Source of the DNA: Prevotella sp.
GTDB lineage: Bacteria; Bacteroidota; Bacteroidia; Bacteroidales; Dysgonomonadaceae
Reading direction: 5' to 3'
Assembly (NCBI GenBank): GCA_031285625.1
Contig: JAITVV010000084.1
Span: 32,001 to 96,000, forward strand
DNA: 64,000 nt
The notes beneath the pieces are model-generated. The model saw only the letters and a list, made by a program, of their open reading frames with translations. It made no database searches and was not told the DNA's origin. Shown here one piece after another: positions 9,527-17,648 of this stretch (position 1 is the first letter of the stretch; every line of letters starts with the position of its first letter). A program made the translations under genes and the position numbers.

Positions 9527-11827
9527 TTAAGGCTTAGCGTATTTACTAGTGCGACTATCTTTTATCACACCTTTCCAGTTCAATCCAAAGGCAAAATCAT
9601 ATACATTACCCTCAGTATCTTTGTGGCATTCCATATCATATGGAACATCTTCAAATTGTTTTTCTACAGTAGACATATTAGCCGGCATTTGTACCGGAAG
9701 CAATCCTGATGGTTCATATTTACCAGAAACAATATCCAATATCGATTGAGCCGAGCTTCCAAAATTTATAATTATGCCATCCATATATTTTTCAAATTCA
9801 TTAAATATCATAGGATTGGAGACGTCAATAACTGCAATAACAGGTTTATCATCCAACATCTCTCTTGTTTTTAATAAAACGTCCAGATCATTAGAATTGC
9901 TTGTCCGTGTAGATTTTCCATTATAAGAACGGTTTGTAATAGTAGGATCTATCACAGGGTCACCCGCAGCAATGCTATTTTCTCGGGCCCCGGTAGCCGT
10001 ATAAGGATCGTACTGAAGAGAAATTGGTATATATCCATTCCCGCCAGACTTACGATCTATCAGAGAATAACCACCATGTTCACTTTTCGGATTACTTACA
10101 AAAACCAATGCAAAATCTGCTTCTGACGGGTTTGTAGTAACATCATAATATTTTTTTACAATATTTAGATTTACCGGATAGTCTAATTTTGTTTCTGTCC
10201 AAATGCCCCACCAATTTTTAGTCGAAGGAGTATATACTTTTGGTATGAATACGGTTTTTCGATCTTTAACAGGAAGAATATTATCTTTATTCTTTAATAA
10301 GACTGTAGATTTTAGTTGAGCTTCATAGCCAGCTTTCATAAACTCAGGATTACCAACTAATCGAGAACTTTCCTGCGTATTCAGATATGGATTTTCAAAT
10401 AGTCCAAGACGGAATATATTTTTAAGCAAGCGCACAGCTGATTTTTCAAAGCGATTTCTCATATAAGATTTACCAAATTCTTTTTCTCCCATCTTATAAG
10501 CTTCAAGTACCGGACCTTTTTCGTTATTTCCTCCAAACTGATCTACTCCAGCCTTGATAGCCAGATAATGTCTTTCTGCTATAGACCGATCTTCTACGCC
10601 CCATGGCTTTCCGGCAAAAACATCCGGTGTAGGCCCTTCATTAGCTGTAATTAACCAATCGGTACAAACGACTCCATCATAACCGTATTTTTCACGTAAA
10701 AGATCTGTAACTATATATTTATTAAAACCATTTGCATAATTGGAACCATCTTTAGACTGATTATACGATATTGTATAATAAGGCATTACAGCCGATGCCA
10801 TTTGAGTTTTTCCATCAAGCTTGAATGCACCCTCTGTAAAAGGTTTTAAATGTTCTTCAAAATTATTTCCAGGATATACAGCAAACTTACCAAATGCCCA
10901 ATGCCCGTCACGACCACCCTCTTCCGGTCCTCCACTTGGCCAGTGTTTAACCATTGCATTTACACTCTTATATCCCCATCCATCAGCAATTTCATCCTTA
11001 CCTGCAGATGTTTGGAAGCCATCAATATAGGCACGTCCCATATCTGTAACCAGCTTTGTTCCTTCTCCAAAAGTCATACCCATCCGAAACCAACGAGGCT
11101 CAGAAGCCAAATCTATTTGCGGGGATAGGGCTGTTCCAATACCTAACGCTCTATATTCAACAGATGCTATTTCTCCAAATTGTTTCACTAACTCAGGATC
11201 AAATGTTGCCGCCAGTCCTAATTCGCGCGGCCACATGGATATTGCTCCGCCACCTGCATTAAATTCGGCATCGCTTGTGGTTGCATGACGTGGGTCTGAA
11301 CTATTATTTCCAGGAATGCCCAAATCTATGCCTTCCAGGAATGCCTGCATTTCATTGTTCCATTTAGCTGCTATTTCCGGGCTTTGTACAGTCATTATTA
11401 ATACATGTCGGAGGTTATCATCTTTCAGAAATTGCTTCTGATCATCTGTCAGTTCCCATGGCTTAGCTCCGCTTTGAGAAAAAGGCTTGCCATTATATGT
11501 ACTTGACCCAAAGCCAAAATCCTGAGCAGGAATAGTCTGATGTATACTATAAAGCATTAAGCCTGCAATCTGCTCAACTGTCATTTTTTTTGCTAAATCT
11601 TTAGCTCTTTGATCAACAGGTAAGCGCCAGTCCTCATATTTATCAAGTTTTCCATTCTTATTCAAATCTTTAAACTTAAGGCCATTCACCGTAATAATTT
11701 TCACACCTGAATTCGGAGAATAACCAAGCGTAGCTCCATTCTTATTTTCTACAATTAAAAAATTTTCTTGAGTTTGGCCATATAATGTAATCAATATAGC
11801 TCCGATTAATAATAATGTCTTTCTCAT
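9527..11827 (-). CDS. GH3 beta-glucosidase/beta-xylosidase-like, secreted
   Basis: Signal peptide; FKDLNKNGKLDKYEDWRLP, SSDPRH, SPQIDLASEPRWFR, KHWPSGG, MPYY, nucleophile motif VCTDW. Confidence 0.9.
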   Translation of the reverse strand: MRKTLLLIGAILITLYGQTQENFLIVENKNGATLGYSPNSGVKIITVNGLKFKDLNKNGKLDKYEDWRLPVDQRAKDLAKKMTVEQIAGLMLYSIHQTIPAQDFGFGSSTYNGKPFSQSGAKPWELTDDQKQFLKDDNLRHVLIMTVQSPEIAAKWNNEMQAFLEGIDLGIPGNNSSDPRHATTSDAEFNAGGGAISMWPRELGLAATFDPELVKQFGEIASVEYRALGIGTALSPQIDLASEPRWFRMGMTFGEGTKLVTDMGRAYIDGFQTSAGKDEIADGWGYKSVNAMVKHWPSGGPEEGGRDGHWAFGKFAVYPGNNFEEHLKPFTEGAFKLDGKTQMASAVMPYYTISYNQSKDGSNYANGFNKYIVTDLLREKYGYDGVVCTDWLITANEGPTPDVFAGKPWGVEDRSIAERHYLAIKAGVDQFGGNNEKGPVLEAYKMGEKEFGKSYMRNRFEKSAVRLLKNIFRLGLFENPYLNTQESSRLVGNPEFMKAGYEAQLKSTVLLKNKDNILPVKDRKTVFIPKVYTPSTKNWWGIWTETKLDYPVNLNIVKKYYDVTTNPSEADFALVFVSNPKSEHGGYSLIDRKSGGNGYIPISLQYDPYTATGARENSIAAGDPVIDPTITNRSYNGKSTRTSNSNDLDVLLKTREMLDDKPVIAVIDVSNPMIFNEFEKYMDGIIINFGSSAQSILDIVSGKYEPSGLLPVQMPANMSTVEKQFEDVPYDMECHKDTEGNVYDFAFGLNWKGVIKDSRTSKYAKP

Positions 11828-11850
11828 GATTTCTTAGTTTATCGCTTAAA

Positions 11851-11962
11851 GTGCGTTATCATGACGCAAATATATTTTTAATATTTGGATTTCAAACTAC
11901 AAAGTGCGTCTAAATAACGCAGATATGTTTTAAAACATATTATGTGCGTCACAATAACGCAC
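11851..11962. promoter_or_regulatory. Three palindromic NrtR-family operators, TGCGT-N7-ACGCA
   Basis: GTGCGT-tatcatg-ACGCAA (11851-11869), GTGCGT-ctaaata-ACGCAG (11904-11922), GTGCGT-cacaata-ACGCAC (11944-11962). GT-N7-AC is the known NrtR core. Confidence 0.85.
11867..11896 (-). promoter_or_regulatory. Bacteroidetes sigma-A promoter of the GH3/TBDT operon
   Basis: -7 element TATATTTG at 11874-11867, overlapping operator 1; TTTG at 11896-11893 (18-nt spacer). Confidence 0.65.
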
Positions 11963-11982
11963 TTTTGATGTTTTTTAATTAT

Positions 11983-11990
11983 TACCTTTG
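11983..11990 (+). promoter_or_regulatory. -7 promoter element of the regulator gene
   Basis: TACCTTTG ending 34 nt before the ATG. Confidence 0.6.
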
Positions 11991-12024
11991 CACTTATAAT
12001 AAGTAATTTAAGTTCTAACAAAAG

Positions 12025-12771
12025 ATGAGTACAAATAAGTTTTGGCCATATAACGAAGAGAATATTCACCCCGGATTCTCGGTCGATTGTGTCATTCTTA
12101 GTTTTCACAAAGGGAAACTGAAGGTTTTATTAAATAAATTCAGTCTGAAAGATTACTGGTCTCTCCCCGGAGGATTCATGTTCAATAATGAGGCAGCTGA
12201 TGAAGCGGCTTATCGGATACTAAAAACACGAACTGGATTGACTGACATATTTTTGAAACAATTTTATCTTTTTAGTGACCCTAAAAGGACAATAATGAAG
12301 CAAAACATAGACTTCGTAGAGAGAAATGAGACTACAAAAGGCGAAGGACAATGGCTTTTAAGAAGATTTGTATCTCTGGGTTTTTATGCTCTTGTAAAAT
12401 ATGAGGAAGTAAAATTAACTACTGTAGACGGAGAATTATCTAAGTGGTATGATATAAATACTCTACCGAGCCTATATTCTGATCATGAGAATATAATAAA
12501 AATGGCACTTGAAACAATCCGGACAATGCTACCTGTAATACCGATAGGGAATGAACTATTACCCGAAAAGTTTACAATGACCGAACTACGTAAGATATAT
12601 GAAATCATTCTTGGTAAAACTTTAGATCGCCGTAACTTTCAAAGAAAGATTCTTTCTGAAGGCTATGTTGTACAATTGGATGAGAGAAAAAGCTCTCAAG
12701 TGTATAATGCCCCCATACTATATTCATTCAGCTTGCAAAACAGGGATGAGAATTTTTTAGGTAGGTTCTAA
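12025..12771 (+). CDS. NrtR-family transcriptional regulator (Nudix-like sensor + winged HTH)
   Basis: SVDCVIL, WSLPGGF, degenerate Nudix box, FSDPKR, DH; C-terminal LLPEKFTMTELRKIYEIILGKTLDRRNFQRKIL wHTH. Confidence 0.92.
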   Translation: MSTNKFWPYNEENIHPGFSVDCVILSFHKGKLKVLLNKFSLKDYWSLPGGFMFNNEAADEAAYRILKTRTGLTDIFLKQFYLFSDPKRTIMKQNIDFVERNETTKGEGQWLLRRFVSLGFYALVKYEEVKLTTVDGELSKWYDINTLPSLYSDHENIIKMALETIRTMLPVIPIGNELLPEKFTMTELRKIYEIILGKTLDRRNFQRKILSEGYVVQLDERKSSQVYNAPILYSFSLQNRDENFLGRF

Positions 12772-12788
12772 TAAAAATCAGAATAAAC

Positions 12789-12816
12789 AAAAGAGATACC
12801 AACTGGTATCTCTTTT
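12789..12816. terminator. Bidirectional terminator between regulator and ahpF
   Basis: AAAAGAGATACCA-AC-TGGTATCTCTTTT perfect inverted repeat. Confidence 0.85.
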
Positions 12817-12833
12817 TATATAAGCTAACAGAG

Positions 12834-14381
12834 TTAAATATTACCCCGAATACGATCTTCAAAAGCTGACAATGAAGCTTTAGCCCCTTCTCCCATCGCA
12901 ATAATAATCTGCTTATATGGAACGGTGGTAACATCTCCAGCTGCATAAACACCCGGAACATTCGTCCTACAGTGACTATCAATTTCTATTTCGCCAAAGC
13001 GATTTACATTTATCACATCTTTGAATATTGAACTATTTGCAGCCAATCCGATCTGTACAAAAATTCCATCAAGACCCACTACCTGCTCCTCTCTGGTAGC
13101 TCTATCTTTCACCTTTATACCTTTTACTTTATCATCACCCACAACTTCAATAGTTTGAGTATTGAGTATTATCTCTACATTAGGAAGGCTTTTTGCTTTT
13201 TCCTGCAATACCTTATCCGCTTTAAGTTCTTCCATAAACTCAAAAACAGTTACCTTAGAGCATATTCCGGCAAGATCTATTGCCGCCTCTATACCAGAAT
13301 TACCGCCCCCAACTACTGCAACATGTTTATTCTTATAAAACGGTCCATCGCAATGCGGACAGAAGGCAACTCCTTTACCTATATATTCAGATTCACCAGG
13401 TACATTCAACTTACGCCAACTAGCACCGGTAGCAATAATAAGTGCCGGAGTTATTATCTTTTCCCCACCATTTATATAGAGTACTTTTTCCCCATCTTCA
13501 ATTTCTACCTTGTCAACTTTACGATGTTCAAGTATATCAACAGGGTAATCGTGAAGATGCATTTTTAAGTTATTAGAAAGTTCTTCTCCCGTTGTTTTAG
13601 GAACAGAAATAAGATTTTCTATACCAACCGTTTCCTTAACCTGTCCCCCAATTCGTTCTGCAAGCAGCGCCACATTCAACCCTTTACGAGCTGAATAAAT
13701 AGCTGCTGCAACACCAGCAGGTCCTCCTCCAACTACAGCTACATCGTAGCTCCTGGCAATCACAGATGTGACTGTTTCCTGACTTCCATACTGAGCCTCA
13801 AGTTTTGATAATAATTCACCAAACTCACCTCTACCAACATGAATAAGTTTTCCATCTGCAAAAACAGCCGGAACACCCTGAAGCTTCAAAGCATCAACTT
13901 CTTCCTGGTTTATAGCACCATCAACCATTTCATGCGAGATATCCGGGTTAAGGATAGCCATTATATTCAATGCCTGAACAATATCAGGGCAGTTGGTACA
14001 GGTTAGAGAGACATAGGTTGCTAAATGAATTGGTCCCTTTAGTGCCTTAACCCTGTTTATCACAAAGTCATCCGGTATATTTTTGCCTTTGCCATCATTA
14101 TTCAAAACAGCTAATAATAATGATGTAAATTCATGACCATTAGGAACACCACGGAATTTGATTCCTGTATTTTCTCCATTCTTTAATATAGAGAATTCTA
14201 AACTATTCCCACTGCTGACTCTCGTCGATATTTTATCAGAGCATGAGGCAACATCAGTAAGTAGTTCAACTAATTCATTGTAACATTCATGTTGATCAGA
14301 AACAGTAATATCGAATATATATTGATTAGTCAGACCGGAGAATACAGTGAGCAATTGCTCTTTTAAAGATGTATCTAACAT
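12834..14381 (-). CDS. ahpF: Alkyl hydroperoxide reductase subunit F
   Basis: GHEFTSLLLA, CTNCPD, GGGPAG, FCPHCDGP, GGGNSG, YKQIIIAMGEGA. Confidence 0.97.
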   Translation of the reverse strand: MLDTSLKEQLLTVFSGLTNQYIFDITVSDQHECYNELVELLTDVASCSDKISTRVSSGNSLEFSILKNGENTGIKFRGVPNGHEFTSLLLAVLNNDGKGKNIPDDFVINRVKALKGPIHLATYVSLTCTNCPDIVQALNIMAILNPDISHEMVDGAINQEEVDALKLQGVPAVFADGKLIHVGRGEFGELLSKLEAQYGSQETVTSVIARSYDVAVVGGGPAGVAAAIYSARKGLNVALLAERIGGQVKETVGIENLISVPKTTGEELSNNLKMHLHDYPVDILEHRKVDKVEIEDGEKVLYINGGEKIITPALIIATGASWRKLNVPGESEYIGKGVAFCPHCDGPFYKNKHVAVVGGGNSGIEAAIDLAGICSKVTVFEFMEELKADKVLQEKAKSLPNVEIILNTQTIEVVGDDKVKGIKVKDRATREEQVVGLDGIFVQIGLAANSSIFKDVINVNRFGEIEIDSHCRTNVPGVYAAGDVTTVPYKQIIIAMGEGAKASLSAFEDRIRGNI

Positions 14382-14409
14382 ATTTTGTTTTACCTTTAGT
14401 GTTATTCAT

Positions 14410-14434
14410 AAAAAAACCGGCAATTACTTGCCGG
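14410..14434 (-). terminator. Terminator-like hairpin between ahpC and ahpF
   Basis: CCGGCAA-N4-TTGCCGG followed by U7 on the minus strand. Confidence 0.7.
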
Positions 14435-14451
14435 CTTATAAGTTCTAGTAA

Positions 14452-15018
14452 TTAAATCTTTCCGACAAGATCTATACTTGGCTTCAATGTTTCTTCACCT
14501 TTTTTCCATTTAGCAGGGCATACTTCTCCGTCATGAGTTGCAACAAACTGAGCAGCCTCAACTTTGCGTACAAGCTCATCTGCATTACGTCCAATACCAT
14601 TGTCATGGATCTCAGCAATTTTAACCTGCCCTTCAGGGTTTAACAAGAATGTACCTCTATATGCCATTCCTTCTTCTTCAATCATCACTCCAAATGCACG
14701 GCTCAATACACCAACTGTATCAGCTAACATTGGATATTTGATTTTACGGATACTATCTGATGCGTCATGCCATGCTTTGTGTACAAAGTGTGAATCTGTA
14801 CTTACAGAATAAACTTCTACACCCATTGCTTTCAATTGGTCATATTTGTCTGCAATATCAACAAGCTCCGTTGGACAGACAAATGTAAAATCTGCCGGAT
14901 AAAAGAAGAAAATTGCCCATTTGCCTTTTACATCTTCATGTGATACTGTTTTGAAAGCTCCGTTGTGGTAAGCCTGTACTTTGAACTCTGGTAATTGTAA
15001 ATTAATAATTGGCTGCAT
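14452..15018 (-). CDS. ahpC: Alkyl hydroperoxide reductase subunit C (2-Cys peroxiredoxin)
   Basis: FFYPADFTFVCPTE and GEVCPAKW. The likely start is the ATG at 15018 (MQPIIN). Confidence 0.97.
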   Translation of the reverse strand: MQPIINLQLPEFKVQAYHNGAFKTVSHEDVKGKWAIFFFYPADFTFVCPTELVDIADKYDQLKAMGVEVYSVSTDSHFVHKAWHDASDSIRKIKYPMLADTVGVLSRAFGVMIEEEGMAYRGTFLLNPEGQVKIAEIHDNGIGRNADELVRKVEAAQFVATHDGEVCPAKWKKGEETLKPSIDLVGKI

Positions 15019-15069
15019 AATTAATGTTTTTATATTTATATTAAACTCATAAATTTCATTTATACCCTG

Positions 15070-15100
15070 CAAAGATATATAGTTTTTATTTATACGCAAA
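15070..15100 (-). promoter_or_regulatory. ahpC promoter
   Basis: TTTG (15100-15097) - 19 nt - TATCTTTG (15077-15070), an exact match to the Bacteroidetes consensus. Confidence 0.8.
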
Positions 15101-15234
15101 CTATCAATTATAAACTTTATCTATCACAAAATATCCTACCTAATTACTATTTTTGAGAAAAATATAGAATTATCCTATTTTCGAAACAGCACATATACAA
15201 CTAATATACAGATAGTTATTACACAGATAAAAAC

Positions 15235-15259
15235 AAAAGGTGACAAAAGTGACAGTTTT
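15235..15259 (+). repeat. Dispersed 25-bp motif, copy 1 (tandem GTGACA)
   Basis: AAAAGGTGACAAAAGTGACAGTTTT; 23/25 identical to the reverse complement of 54532-54556. Confidence 0.6.
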
Positions 15260-15386
15260 CTCCTTACTTTTTTATTGTTACCTTATTCTTTTCTTGATAC
15301 AAAGAACTATCCATAATAAGATAATTTTATATAATTATCCGGATTGTAATCCATATAAATAATTTAAAATTGTAAATTTGAATATT

Positions 15387-15941
15387 ATGGAAATACCTAA
15401 AGGAAATATAGAGATAAGAAAGATTAGCCGACCCGATATCGGGTCATTAATAGAAATCGGGAAGCAAACATTCATTGAAACCTTTGCTGATAAAAATAGC
15501 GAAGAGAATATGAGAATTTATTTGGAGGAAGGTTTCAATAAAGAGAAATTATTAGAGGAGATCAATAATCCTGAAACCATTTTTTTCTTTGTATCTGCTA
15601 ATAATAAAGATGCAGGATACCTGAAACTCAATTGGGGGCAAGCACAAACAGAATTGAAAGATACTCGTTCTCTTGAGATAGAACGTATCTATATTTTAAA
15701 AGAATTTCAGGGAAGAGGAATAGGGCAAATTTTATTAAATCAGGCTTTAGATATAGCTAGACAGTCAGAGTTAGACTATATCTGGCTAGGGGTTTGGGAA
15801 AAGAATCATCAAGCTATTCAGTTTTATAAGAAAAACGGTTTCATCGAGTTTCATGAACACATCTTTAAATTAGGCGACGAAGAGCAAACAGATATAATGA
15901 TGAGACTTGATCTGAACGAAAGAGAACTTATGCTTTCCTGA
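15387..15941 (+). CDS. GNAT N-acetyltransferase (PaiA/spermidine N-acetyltransferase-like)
   Basis: TFIETF, GYLKLN, LEIERIYIL, QGRGIG acetyl-CoA motif, WLGVWEKN, FYKKNGF. Confidence 0.9.
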   Translation: MEIPKGNIEIRKISRPDIGSLIEIGKQTFIETFADKNSEENMRIYLEEGFNKEKLLEEINNPETIFFFVSANNKDAGYLKLNWGQAQTELKDTRSLEIERIYILKEFQGRGIGQILLNQALDIARQSELDYIWLGVWEKNHQAIQFYKKNGFIEFHEHIFKLGDEEQTDIMMRLDLNERELMLS

Positions 15942-16095
15942 TTATCTTATTAATATCTATAAGACTAAACGCTTCTCTGAAAATTTTCAAAATTTCTGAA
16001 TAAGTCGAGCATTCCATATTCTGCTGCTGAACATCAAATGAATATTCTCTGATTTTTGAATCCTGATTAACTTCAATACTATAATTCTTTGTCAT
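15928..16095 (-). CDS. Putative 55-aa small protein (not in ORF track)
   Basis: Hand translation MTKNYSIEVNQDSKIREYSFDVQQQNMECSTYSEILKIFREAFSLIDINKIIRKA. A TATATTTG -7 element lies upstream at 16184-16177. Confidence 0.4.
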   Translation of the reverse strand: MTKNYSIEVNQDSKIREYSFDVQQQNMECSTYSEILKIFREAFSLIDINKIIRKA

Positions 16096-16421
16096 AACCT
16101 ATAATTTTATAATTTCTAAAACTACTAAATAACCTTAATTGAAACTCTAATAACTACTTTTAGACCCTGTTTCTAACAAATATAACTAAAATAAATATCT
16201 TCTTCAAGTTTAAATCTTCCAAAATATTTTCTTTCTGTCTAAAAACGAAACTTATTAATACTTTAATCATATATATCTATATACCAATATCTTAAATAGA
16301 CATCTATAAATTCGTCTTTTTAGAAAAATCGACTTTTATCCGATCATTTACCAAATCAGATATTTCACAATGAAAGTTTATTACAAAAGGATCGAAACTT
16401 TATTCGTAACTATCTTAAAAA

Positions 16422-17636
16422 TCAGGCTAAAGCCTTTGCTAAAATAGAAATCGGATGTTCACAACGTTTTGTTGTTGACATTTCTATCTGCCATTTGCAT
16501 GTCTCACAGTCGGTGACAACATAATCGATATCTGATGCTTCTATCTGTTGGAATAATGATTCACCTATATCCTGTGATGTTTTATAGTTTTCTTTTTTGA
16601 ATCCATACGTTCCGGCTATACCACAACACTGCGAATCAAGGACTTTCAACTCAATATTAGGAATCAATTTAAGCAGCTCTAAAGAATAATATGACCAACC
16701 TAGTTTTTCCATATGGCATGGTGTGTGATACGCAACCTTAATCTTATCTTTTTTCAGTTTTAACGGGATATCCGAAAGACTCAATAACCTGTATATATAA
16801 CGTGTAGCCAATTCTACCTGGTCTCTGACTTCGCGGGTATCTATGCCTAACAAATGAGGATATTCGTCGCGAATAGTAAATGTACATGTTGAAGAAGTGG
16901 CCACAACTGGTATATTTTTCTCAAGGATCGATTCTTTGATGGAAGCGACATTTACATTCGCCTGTTTACGAGCCTGATTAATAAACCCATTGGATATTAA
17001 GGCAACCCCGCAACATTTTTCCTTGCGTAACAACTGCACCCCAATACCAAGTGCATTAAAGACTTTTACCAGATCTTTACCCAATTGGGGGTTATTATAA
17101 TTAGCATAGCATCCATGAAAATAACTAACCTGCTTTGGAAAAGCTTTTTGCTCCTTAGCATGCTTTTTATACCAGCCTTCGAATGTCCCGAATGAATATT
17201 TAGGAAAATTACGATGATGATCTATTTGTAGCACTTTATCCAAAACAACTTTTGTTGGTTTTAGTGCCAAAGCAGTGTTTACTATAGGCGCAAAGGGTGT
17301 GGCGAGTGTTCCCACCAAATCTGTATTAGCTAAAATAAAGTCCCTGACCTTAGGTTTCTTCTTACTGTACTTGATACGGGCTGATTGAATAATATCGCCT
17401 ATCTTAACATTTGAAGGACAGGCAACTTCACATCTTTTGCAATTAATACAATATTTCAGAGCCTCATCATAAAAGTTCGATCTTTTCAAACGCAAGCGCT
17501 CACCATCAGGACCAGCCTGTTTAGGTCCCGGATAATCAGGATTTACCGCTGCGACAGGACAATATACAGTGCAAACTGTACATTTAATGCACTGTTCAAA
17601 ATTATTTTCGCTAACACTATGTTGTTGTAAGTTCAT
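16422..17636 (-). CDS. glpC: Anaerobic glycerol-3-phosphate dehydrogenase subunit C
   Basis: Two 4Fe-4S motifs (CIKCTVCTVYCP, CINCKRCEVACP), YPGPKQAGPDGERLR, and two CCG domains. Confidence 0.96.
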   Translation of the reverse strand: MNLQQHSVSENNFEQCIKCTVCTVYCPVAAVNPDYPGPKQAGPDGERLRLKRSNFYDEALKYCINCKRCEVACPSNVKIGDIIQSARIKYSKKKPKVRDFILANTDLVGTLATPFAPIVNTALALKPTKVVLDKVLQIDHHRNFPKYSFGTFEGWYKKHAKEQKAFPKQVSYFHGCYANYNNPQLGKDLVKVFNALGIGVQLLRKEKCCGVALISNGFINQARKQANVNVASIKESILEKNIPVVATSSTCTFTIRDEYPHLLGIDTREVRDQVELATRYIYRLLSLSDIPLKLKKDKIKVAYHTPCHMEKLGWSYYSLELLKLIPNIELKVLDSQCCGIAGTYGFKKENYKTSQDIGESLFQQIEASDIDYVVTDCETCKWQIEMSTTKRCEHPISILAKALA

Positions 17637-17648
17637 CTCAGTTCAATA

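Noticed and set aside
11878-12108. 76-aa minus-strand ORF across the NrtR operators
   Set aside because: It overlaps the operators, the promoters and the regulator start; the region is better explained as regulatory DNA.
12025-12771. Active Nudix hydrolase or NAD-salvage NrtR
   Set aside because: The catalytic glutamates are absent and the neighbours are carbohydrate genes, not NAD genes.
15100-15150. OxyR box upstream of ahpC (several ATAG/CTAT tetramers)
   Set aside because: Biologically plausible, but the spacing does not fit ATAG-N7-CTAT-N7-ATAG-N7-CTAT well enough to call by eye.
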